NCBI GenBank assembly: GCA_965612795.1 | Contig: CBFDTI010000026.1 | Location: forward strand, 1 to 17,139 | Length of the DNA stretch: 17,139 nucleotides | Direction: 5' to 3' | Source: an uncultured bacterium | GTDB lineage: Bacteria; Hydrothermota; UBA3073; NMUJ01 | In this document: positions 1-6,921 of the stretch, piece after piece | Position numbering within the stretch: position 1 is the stretch's first letter | Layout of the letters: each line of letters begins with the position of its first letter | The notes under the pieces: model-generated | Seen by the model: the letters and a program-made list of their open reading frames with translations, nothing else | Database searches by the model: none | Told to the model about the DNA's origin: nothing | Made by a program: the position numbers and the translations under genes

Positions 1-302
1 GGCTTGATTATCCTAACTTTCGGGAAATACGCATTACCTATGGTATCACGGGCTTCCTCATCCAGTAATATCTTATCGTAGGGTATGCCGTTCGTTATCG
101 CATATTCTTGCATCGCACGTGCCTCAGTAATTGGTGGTTTATAGGTATACATGAAGCTCCATGCACCTGAAAATATTATATACTCTGCAACACCTTCTTT
201 GAAGAGTTCCACAGCTTTATCCACTCGCTGTAAACTGGTAGGTTTAAGCTTACCGTACTTATCAATGCCACCACCGGGCACTACGAGTACATCAACCCTC
301 AT
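1..302 (-). CDS. YdcF/DUF218 family protein, N-terminal part (runs off the window edge)
   Basis: Not in the ORF track; translated by hand from ATG at 302: MRVDVLVVPGGGIDKYGKLKPTSLQRVDKAVELFKEG...IIFSGAWS...TEARAMQEYAITNGIPYDKILLDEEARDTIGNAYF. It has the DUF218 hallmarks (VLGGG-like, R-x-x-x-A, SG, EA-x-x-M, E-x-x-x-T-x-x-NA). ATGA overlap with the upstream stop at 299-301. Confidence 0.88.
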   Translation of the reverse strand, partial: MRVDVLVVPGGGIDKYGKLKPTSLQRVDKAVELFKEGVAEYIIFSGAWSFMYTYKPPITEARAMQEYAITNGIPYDKILLDEEARDTIGNAYFPKVRIIK

Positions 303-2668
303 GGTAACTTGAGTATACGTTCTACGGGGTAGATCACCATCTCTTCAGGCTTCTTACCTATAAGATATGCGAGCACATCGAACGCGTTCAATCTCCCTAT
401 CGTCATCCTTATATGTAGGTTACCGTCTTTCAATTCCATGCGCCTGACACTCGCACGTAGGTTAAGCCTCTTATCTCTTTTGTTCACCCATATTCCCCTC
501 GTGTGCATGAACTGCTTAATAATGGTGGGTTCCAGCTTTATTCCGTACACTACATATTCTGCCTCATTGAATAACTGAAACAGCGACGTATGATCCGTAC
601 CCGGCATAACCTTTACGTCAAATACCTTAAATCCCTTTGGCAATTTGCGGTTCACAAGATACACTACATCACCGGGCGGTTCGTTTACCACCACATCCAT
701 ATACTCCGTATATGAGAACATACCAAACGGCAACGGCGGTCCAAACGCCACCCTTGGGTGTGGCCTATAGCCTTTCGTAAATGCTACTGGTAGCTTCGCA
801 CGTAATAACGCCCTTATCATCGTACGAGTAGTATCGAGGTGCCCCACCCACCTAAGTTCGGGTTCCTTGCCATATCGTATACGTAAGGTATAGACCACGG
901 AGGAGGTTGCAATTTTTATTGGTCGTCTACCATAGACTATATTCCCCTTGGGTGGCGATTTTTCCAACCTTAATGGTACGGGGGATATCTCTTCACATAC
1001 ACCACACCCATAGCATCCTTGTATCCTGCAATCGGGTGTCTCGTCGGTTCCGTCACTTTCTTTAATGAGAAATTCACGTTTCACACCCACATCTATGTAG
1101 CGCTCCCATGGTAATAATTCATCGACTTTCAACTCGCTTGTATAACGTGAGGGGTCAACCCCTATCTTGGTAAATGCTTCCTCCCATATATGAAAGTCGA
1201 ACCTACCCTCTTCACTGATTGTGATACCTGCTTTAGAGACCTCAACAATGGCGGGTGCAACTTTTTCGTCACCACGTCCCAATACAGTCTCTATATAGCT
1301 TATGTCTGGGTTACGATAGTGTACTTCAATCCCACGCTTCCCTTTGAATGTAACCCGTATATGTCTGGCTTTATTTAATAACTCCTTTCTATCGCCAAAC
1401 ATCTTCCATTGAAACGGCGTAAATGGTTGTGGCACGAACGGCGATATCGATACTTTCACCTGTTTCGGATGTGCTATGGCTGCTATTCTACGGATAAGCT
1501 TGACAATACCTTCTATATCTTCCCACTCCTCACCCGGTAACCCTATCATAAAGTATAGCTTGACATGTGTAATATTATAGTCGACTGCGATTTCAACCGA
1601 CCGTAAAATGTTATCTTCGTTTATCTGTTTGTTGACAATCTTACGTAACCGCTCCGTACCTGCTTCGGGTGCGATAGTTATGCCACCTGTTAAGTATGGC
1701 GCAATCTCACGTGTAATTGCGTCACCACGTAACGATGGTAATGATAACGGAATATGTGGGTATTTTCTGGCCACCTGTTTGATGAGATCTTCGCAGCTAG
1801 AATAATCTGATAACGACAATGCTAACAACGAAACCTCATTGTAACCGGTTTCCAACAACCCCACATCTATCAGTTTGATGATCTCAGCTATATCTCTCTC
1901 CCTATATGGACGTGTCACCATACCCACTTGACAGAACCTACATCCGCGTGTACAGCCGCGGCTCACCTCGATTATCAACCTATCATGTGTTGTCTCCACC
2001 AATGGTACTATTAATTTAGGTGCTACTGGCATCTCCTTCGCATATACACGTTTAGCTTTATTCCCTATACTTGGTACCCATACACCCTCGATCTGGGCTG
2101 CCTCCTTATGAAGTTCGTCCCGTGTTATCTCGTGTTTTGACCACGCTTTAAGTAATGGTATTATTCGTGGTATGAGAGGTTCCGCCTCCCCTATAAGAAA
2201 TAGGTCAAAAAACGGCGCTATAGGTAATGGGTTGACTACGGCGATACCGCCACCTATGACGAGCGGCCCGTCACGTCGGTCGGCCCGCCACACTGGTATA
2301 CCCCCTAGCTCCAACATCTTAACTATATTGGGATACAGCAAGGGATACGGTATCGAGAAAAATATAACATCAAATTCATCGAGCGGTCTACGTGACTCTA
2401 GGGAGACCAACTTCATATTATGATTTTTCAGCACATTCATCATATCATCAGCTGGCAAGAATACACGTTCACATAAGGTTTCAGTATCACTATTAAGTAG
2501 GTTATACAGTATATGGATCGCTAAGCAGCTCATACCTACCTCATATAGATCGGGATAGGCGACCACCGCACGTAATATAGTCTTATCCCAATCTTTATGC
2601 ACACTATGCCACTCGTGATTTAGATACCTACCGGGTTTATCAACCTGAGACAGGATATTATCCCACAC
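299..2668 (-). CDS. TIGR03960-type B12-binding-like radical SAM protein fused to C-terminal TIGR03936/DUF2344 domain
   Basis: N-terminal KPGRY and YPDLYEVGMS; radical SAM motif RGCTRGCRFC; APEAGTERLR; KLYFMIGLPGE; Cys cluster DCRIQGCYGCGVC; C-terminal RYGK...GHLD...RAKLPVAFTKGYRPHPRVAFGPPLP. The ORF track starts at GTG 2683, but GTG 2668 is favoured because a -10 box lies at 2674-2679. Confidence 0.9.
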   Translation of the reverse strand: MWDNILSQVDKPGRYLNHEWHSVHKDWDKTILRAVVAYPDLYEVGMSCLAIHILYNLLNSDTETLCERVFLPADDMMNVLKNHNMKLVSLESRRPLDEFDVIFFSIPYPLLYPNIVKMLELGGIPVWRADRRDGPLVIGGGIAVVNPLPIAPFFDLFLIGEAEPLIPRIIPLLKAWSKHEITRDELHKEAAQIEGVWVPSIGNKAKRVYAKEMPVAPKLIVPLVETTHDRLIIEVSRGCTRGCRFCQVGMVTRPYRERDIAEIIKLIDVGLLETGYNEVSLLALSLSDYSSCEDLIKQVARKYPHIPLSLPSLRGDAITREIAPYLTGGITIAPEAGTERLRKIVNKQINEDNILRSVEIAVDYNITHVKLYFMIGLPGEEWEDIEGIVKLIRRIAAIAHPKQVKVSISPFVPQPFTPFQWKMFGDRKELLNKARHIRVTFKGKRGIEVHYRNPDISYIETVLGRGDEKVAPAIVEVSKAGITISEEGRFDFHIWEEAFTKIGVDPSRYTSELKVDELLPWERYIDVGVKREFLIKESDGTDETPDCRIQGCYGCGVCEEISPVPLRLEKSPPKGNIVYGRRPIKIATSSVVYTLRIRYGKEPELRWVGHLDTTRTMIRALLRAKLPVAFTKGYRPHPRVAFGPPLPFGMFSYTEYMDVVVNEPPGDVVYLVNRKLPKGFKVFDVKVMPGTDHTSLFQLFNEAEYVVYGIKLEPTIIKQFMHTRGIWVNKRDKRLNLRASVRRMELKDGNLHIRMTIGRLNAFDVLAYLIGKKPEEMVIYPVERILKLP

Positions 2669-2671
2669 AAT

Positions 2672-2693
2672 TAATGATAACACACTATCATTA
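2672..2693. promoter_or_regulatory. Palindromic operator candidate TAATGATA-N6-TATCATTA
   Basis: Perfect 8-bp inverted repeat covering the -10 box and spacer of the radical SAM promoter. Confidence 0.45.
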
Positions 2694-2700
2694 CGGTCAA
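2674..2700 (-). promoter_or_regulatory. sigma70-like promoter TTGACC-N15-TATCAT for the radical SAM gene
   Basis: Minus strand reads TTGACC gtaatgatagtgtgt TATCAT taatt GTG. Confidence 0.6.
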
Positions 2701-2720
2701 TTTAGCCTCCTGCTGTAATA

Positions 2721-2747
2721 TTGACCGTCCAGATTTAGCGTTATTCT
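2721..2747 (+). promoter_or_regulatory. sigma70-like promoter TTGACC-N15-TATTCT (divergent, toward uORF and polyprenyl synthase)
   Basis: TTGACC gtccagatttagcgt TATTCT. It sits back-to-back with the minus-strand promoter; the -35 regions form the inverted repeat ACGGTCAAT (2693-2701) / ATTGACCGT (2720-2728). Confidence 0.55.
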
Positions 2748-2766
2748 CTATAAGGATGAAGGTACT

Positions 2767-2880
2767 ATGGAACGCATAGTATGGGGTGCATCCTTCGTTC
2801 GAACTTTCCTGATCTGTAAACATGCCAACCATCAATACTTAATGGGCGAATATCAGCTAGGTATAAATCTCACACTTTGA
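2767..2880 (+). CDS. Putative 37-aa upstream ORF MERIVWGASFVRTFLICKHANHQYLMGEYQLGINLTL
   Basis: GAAGG-TACT-ATG start. The TGA stop (2878-2880) overlaps the polyprenyl synthase ATG as TGATG. No firm homology can be recognised. Confidence 0.35.
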   Translation: MERIVWGASFVRTFLICKHANHQYLMGEYQLGINLTL

Positions 2881-3908
2881 TGGCATTGCAACCGCTACTC
2901 ATCCAGCGTCGTCATCTCATAGAAAGTAAATTACGCGAATACTTGGATAAACACTGGATAGGTGAAGATCCTACGCTTAAACAATCACTCAAAGATTTCG
3001 TACTACGTGGCGGCAAGCGGTTACGACCGTTTCTGTTGATAGAAGCCTATCGAGGTGTCACCGGCAAGGAAGACGATGATATAGTGACTGCATCATTGAT
3101 AGTTGAATTCACTGAGGGGTCGCTTCTCATCCATGACGATATCATCGATCGTGACACCGTACGACGTGGTGGCCCTACCTTACACAAAGTGATGGAATCC
3201 CTACTGGGTGATGCACACTTTGGTATAAGTTCAGCAATCGTGGGTGGTGATCTACTTTTAATACAGAGTATTAAGCCGTTGCTGGATACGAGGTTCCCGG
3301 AGTCTACCAAACTGCATGCGTTGGAATGCTGGCTATCTGCACTATCACAGTGTTATTTTGGCCAGATATACGATATTACTCTGATGCAAAAAGAGAAGCT
3401 GGATGAATCCGACTACTTTCACATGGTGGATCTCAAAACCGTAAGTTATACAACATTTGCCCCAATAATGATAGGTGCAATACTTGCAGGTGCGGATGAG
3501 CACACCAAATCCTGCTATAAAGAATATGCACTTTACCTTGGACGTGCATATCAGGTGAAAGACGACCTGTTAGGCATATGGGGTAACCCTAGTGAGACAG
3601 GTAAACCTGCCGATTCTGATATCAAAGAAGGTAAACGCACACTACTTTATATCTATGCAATTAACCATTTATCCACTGAAGATAGGAAATGGTTTCAACA
3701 CCATTGGGGTAACCCCAATCTTACGGCTGCTGATGTGGCCAAAGTGAAGCAATTACTCGAAGATGTAGGTGCACGCAAATACACAGAAGAATGGCTCACT
3801 AAGCTTACTTCACATGCGTTATCAGTTATCGACAATATGCCAATTATAGAGGAATCAAAAACTGTCTTCCGTGAGCTGACAGAATTTATTGCGACACGAT
3901 CTTATTAA
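2880..3908 (+). CDS. Polyprenyl diphosphate synthase (IdsA/GGPP synthase-like trans-prenyltransferase)
   Basis: GGKRLRP; FARM IHDDIIDRD followed by RRGGPT; GQxxD; KT; SARM YQVKDDLLG; GKPADSDIKEGKRT. ATG 2880 directly follows the TTG 2877 used by the ORF track. Confidence 0.93.
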   Translation: MALQPLLIQRRHLIESKLREYLDKHWIGEDPTLKQSLKDFVLRGGKRLRPFLLIEAYRGVTGKEDDDIVTASLIVEFTEGSLLIHDDIIDRDTVRRGGPTLHKVMESLLGDAHFGISSAIVGGDLLLIQSIKPLLDTRFPESTKLHALECWLSALSQCYFGQIYDITLMQKEKLDESDYFHMVDLKTVSYTTFAPIMIGAILAGADEHTKSCYKEYALYLGRAYQVKDDLLGIWGNPSETGKPADSDIKEGKRTLLYIYAINHLSTEDRKWFQHHWGNPNLTAADVAKVKQLLEDVGARKYTEEWLTKLTSHALSVIDNMPIIEESKTVFRELTEFIATRSY

Positions 3909-4764
3909 AATCCCTACCTGTAAGCCTGTTGTAAGCTTCAACATATTTTTGATAGGTCTGCTTGACTATCTCTTCAGGCAATTCAGGTGGTGCAGAGTTT
4001 TTATCCCATACTGTTGTGAGATAATCACGTACAAATTGTTTGTCAAAACTCACCTGTGGTTTGCCCGGTTCGTACTCATCGCGTGCCCAGAAACGTGACG
4101 AATCTGGTGTCAACACTTCATCTATAATTGCGAGTTCACCATCTATCCACCCAAATTCTAACTTCATATCCGCTATTATGATACCACGCTCATATGCGTA
4201 TTGATGTGCTTTCTCATAGATTTCAATACTTTTATCACGCAAATACTCCGCGTTTCCCCAACCTATCATCTCCGCCAATGTCGCAAAAGAAATTGGCTCA
4301 TCGTGCCCTACAGTCGCCTTAAGTGTGGGTGTAAAGATTGGATGTTCGAATTTATCCGCTTCACGTAAACCTGATGGCAACTTCATACCCCATACTGTAC
4401 CGGTTTGTACATATTCCTTCCATGCAGCACCCGCTAGGTAACCACGTACTATGAACTCCACAGGTATGGCTACGGCTTTCTTAACAAGCATTGTTCGTAA
4501 CCGATATTCTGGTGGAAGGAATCGCAACTCTACCTTCACGTGATGGTTAGGCATCACGTCTTCTAAGAAATTGAACCAGAATATCGTCAATTGGGTCAAA
4601 ATTTCACCCTTATGAGGTATAGGGGTAGGTAATACCCAATCAAATGCCGAAATACGGTCAGTTGCTACAATGATCAACTTATTTTCACCAAACCTATAAA
4701 CATCACGCACTTTACCGCGCTTATATAACGGATATGGTAGATTAGTCTCGACTATAGGGGACAC
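3886..4764 (-). CDS. purC: Phosphoribosylaminoimidazole-succinocarboxamide (SAICAR) synthase
   Basis: GKVRDVY, ATDRISAFD, IPVEFIVRGYLAG, PIFTPTLKA..GHDE, RGIIIADMKLEFG, DEVLTPDSSRFW, SFDKQFVRDYL. Start is probably GTG 4764 (GAGG-TAACC-GTG) rather than 4788. Confidence 0.96.
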   Translation of the reverse strand: MSPIVETNLPYPLYKRGKVRDVYRFGENKLIIVATDRISAFDWVLPTPIPHKGEILTQLTIFWFNFLEDVMPNHHVKVELRFLPPEYRLRTMLVKKAVAIPVEFIVRGYLAGAAWKEYVQTGTVWGMKLPSGLREADKFEHPIFTPTLKATVGHDEPISFATLAEMIGWGNAEYLRDKSIEIYEKAHQYAYERGIIIADMKLEFGWIDGELAIIDEVLTPDSSRFWARDEYEPGKPQVSFDKQFVRDYLTTVWDKNSAPPELPEEIVKQTYQKYVEAYNRLTGRDFNKIVSQ

Positions 4765-4766
4765 GG

Positions 4767-5351
4767 TTACCTCGGATAACCGACACACACTATATATATG
4801 GGGGTCTCTTCGCAGGTGACCACCTTTTGTACCTCATCGTCATAAAACGCTCCTATCGGGACAGAACCCAACCCCAACGCTACTGCTTGCAGGAGTATAT
4901 TTTGTGCAGCATGCCCTGCTTCCATATAAACGTAACGGATACCACGTTCACCGTACCTACGTGTGGTACGTTCGAACCTTGCAGTTATAACTATAGACAT
5001 GGCAGCACTACTAACCCAAGGCTGGTTCAATGCTGCGCGTGCAAGCGCTAGCCGATGGTCACCTTCCCTTACACGTACTAATTTGTGTTCCTCAGGTATA
5101 TATCGGAAGATACCATCTGGTATTACGATATACAATACAAGCGGATACGTAGCACCTGCAGATGGTGCTGCACGGAACCCTCGCACAGTATCTGTTATAC
5201 CCTGTGCTGCCCACAACAGTTGCCCTATTTGTTCGAGTGCCAGCGTATCTGATGTAAATTCACGTATTGAGCGCCGCTCATATATTGCATGTTCGAGCGC
5301 AAACTCGCTTTCCAATCGCGGTGGCGGTAACGCTACTTCAGCAGCTAACAT
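4767..5351 (-). CDS. SagB/ThcOx-family nitroreductase-like FMN-dependent oxidoreductase
   Basis: LPPP, RRSIREF, QLLWAAQG, RAAPSAGATYPL, RYGERGIRYVYMEAGHAAQN, LGLGSVPIGAFYD. Start is ATG 5351 (GAGGAG-TGATA-ATG) or GTG 5357. Confidence 0.9.
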   Translation of the reverse strand: MLAAEVALPPPRLESEFALEHAIYERRSIREFTSDTLALEQIGQLLWAAQGITDTVRGFRAAPSAGATYPLVLYIVIPDGIFRYIPEEHKLVRVREGDHRLALARAALNQPWVSSAAMSIVITARFERTTRRYGERGIRYVYMEAGHAAQNILLQAVALGLGSVPIGAFYDDEVQKVVTCEETPIYIVCVGYPR

Positions 5352-5353
5352 TA

Positions 5354-6589
5354 TCACTCCTCATATTTACTCACCAGTATAACTGCATTATGGCCACCAA
5401 AGCCAAACGAATTCGATATTGCATGCCGTACCTTCATATTACGTGCACCATCTGGTACATAGTCGAGGTCACATTCAGGATCGGGTTCTTCCAAATTGAT
5501 CGTTGGATGTACTTTATCCTCCTTAACACTCAATATGGTAGCAATGAGTTCAACTGCACCTGCTGCACCAAGCAGATGGCCGGTCATCGACTTTGTGGAC
5601 GATATCGCCACCTTATATGCGTGATCACCGAGTGCCTTTTTGATCGCTATAGTCTCTATTTTATCGTTCAAGGGTGTAGATGTACCATGTGCATTTATGT
5701 AGTCAATCTCGTTCGGTTTGACTCCTGCCTTATCTAGTGCCCTCTTTATTGCGTATGATTGACTTTCGGCAGTAGGATCTGGTGCAGTGACATGGTACGC
5801 GTCTGCAGTCGCTGCATAGCTTCTGATTTCGGCATAGATTTTTGCGCCTCTACGACGTGCATGATCAAGCTCTTCCAACACCAGTATACCTGCGCCTTCG
5901 CCTACAACAAACCCATCACGATTCTTATCAAATGGTCGTGATGCCTTTTCTGGTTCATCATTACGTGTGGAGAGTGCCTTCATGTTAGCAAACCCTGCTA
6001 TAGATAACGGAGTTACTGGTGCTTCTGCACCACCAGCAATCATAACATCGGCATCACCACGTTTGATGAGTTCAAATGCTTCACCGATCGCATGTGCAGA
6101 CGAGGCGCATGCTGATACAACACTGTAGTTGGGCCCCTTCATCCCCCACCTGATCGCTACATCACCACTGGCTACATTTACGATCATCATCGGTATGAAG
6201 AATGGACTGACCCTAGTGGGCGATTCCAACAACCGCATGTGCTGTTTCTCCCATAACTCTAACCCTCCTATACCGGATGAGATTAATACACCTACCCTAT
6301 AGGGATCTTCGGTTTCCATGTTCAACTGAGCATCTTCTATTGCTTCCTTAGCTGCTTGTATTGCGAAGATGTTAAATAGGTCCATACGCCTTAACTCCTT
6401 GGGTGATATGATAGAGGGGGGGGCGAAATTGCGTACCTCAGCTGCTATCTTCACACTAAAATTGGATGCATCAAACCTAGTAATGTAACCCACACCGTTC
6501 TTACCTGCAAGTAAATTCTGCCAATAAGTACGTACATCATTACCTATAGGAGTAACAGCACCTAATCCTGTGACAACTACACGTCTCAC
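5354..6589 (-). CDS. fabF: 3-oxoacyl-ACP synthase II
   Basis: RRVVVTGLG; catalytic [67 protein letters not shown]. Lies directly after acpP. Confidence 0.97.
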   Translation of the reverse strand: MRRVVVTGLGAVTPIGNDVRTYWQNLLAGKNGVGYITRFDASNFSVKIAAEVRNFAPPSIISPKELRRMDLFNIFAIQAAKEAIEDAQLNMETEDPYRVGVLISSGIGGLELWEKQHMRLLESPTRVSPFFIPMMIVNVASGDVAIRWGMKGPNYSVVSACASSAHAIGEAFELIKRGDADVMIAGGAEAPVTPLSIAGFANMKALSTRNDEPEKASRPFDKNRDGFVVGEGAGILVLEELDHARRRGAKIYAEIRSYAATADAYHVTAPDPTAESQSYAIKRALDKAGVKPNEIDYINAHGTSTPLNDKIETIAIKKALGDHAYKVAISSTKSMTGHLLGAAGAVELIATILSVKEDKVHPTINLEEPDPECDLDYVPDGARNMKVRHAISNSFGFGGHNAVILVSKYEE

Positions 6590-6595
6590 TGTACC

Positions 6596-6838
6596 TTAGG
6601 AAAGCTTTTGAGCAAGATAATCTATAACCTTGCCAACGGTTTCCAGCTTACCAGCCTCTTCGTCTGGTATCTCGATATTGAACGTCTCCTCCACACCCAT
6701 CAGCAACTCAACCGTATCCAGTGAGTCAGCTCCCAGATCTTTTATAAAATGTGCATCCTCAGTTACTGCACTTGGATCAACTCCCAACTTCTCAATGATG
6801 ATATCCACTACTTTCTGCTTGATCTCGTCACGCGTCAT
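6596..6838 (-). CDS. acpP: Acyl carrier protein
   Basis: DLGADSLDTVEL phosphopantetheine site; acidic 80-aa protein; SD AAGGAGG 4 nt upstream. Confidence 0.97.
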   Translation of the reverse strand: MTRDEIKQKVVDIIIEKLGVDPSAVTEDAHFIKDLGADSLDTVELLMGVEETFNIEIPDEEAGKLETVGKVIDYLAQKLS

Positions 6839-6857
6839 ACCGCCTCCTTTTCATTCA

Positions 6858-6884
6858 ATTTTATGCTTACGGATAAATTGTCAA
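6858..6884 (-). promoter_or_regulatory. sigma70-like promoter TTGACA-N15-TAAAAT for acpP-fabF-nitroreductase-purC
   Basis: Minus strand reads TTGACA atttatccgtaagca TAAAAT tgaatgaaAAGGAGGcggtATG. Confidence 0.7.
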
Positions 6885-6921
6885 TCGTCAACCTCATTCT
6901 TCAAAAGTAACTTTCGTAAAC

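Noticed and set aside
2671..2711. Minus-strand AGGAGG-CTAAA-TTG opening a 9-codon ORF (MTVMIVCYH) just before the radical SAM gene
   Set aside because: The SD lies upstream of the proposed -35 and the TTG is the -35 box itself, so it would not be on the transcript. It is also out of frame with the gene. Revisit only if the TSS maps further upstream.
2748..2876. Known riboswitch or Rfam RNA in the prenyl synthase leader
   Set aside because: I recognise no consensus of a known riboswitch class; only the hairpin and uORFs are supported. An Infernal/Rfam scan would settle it.
4767..5357. SagB/ThcOx gene plus radical SAM gene as a RiPP cluster
   Set aside because: No YcaO, RRE, precursor peptide or exporter; both genes belong to widespread standalone families in separate transcription units.
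5354..6838. ACP plus ketosynthase as a type II PKS
   Set aside because: Canonical AcpP and FabF sequences; no chain-length factor, cyclase or tailoring genes.
6892..6921. Possible terminator after the CTD protein gene
   Set aside because: Only a short AU/GU-rich stem without a convincing U-tract.
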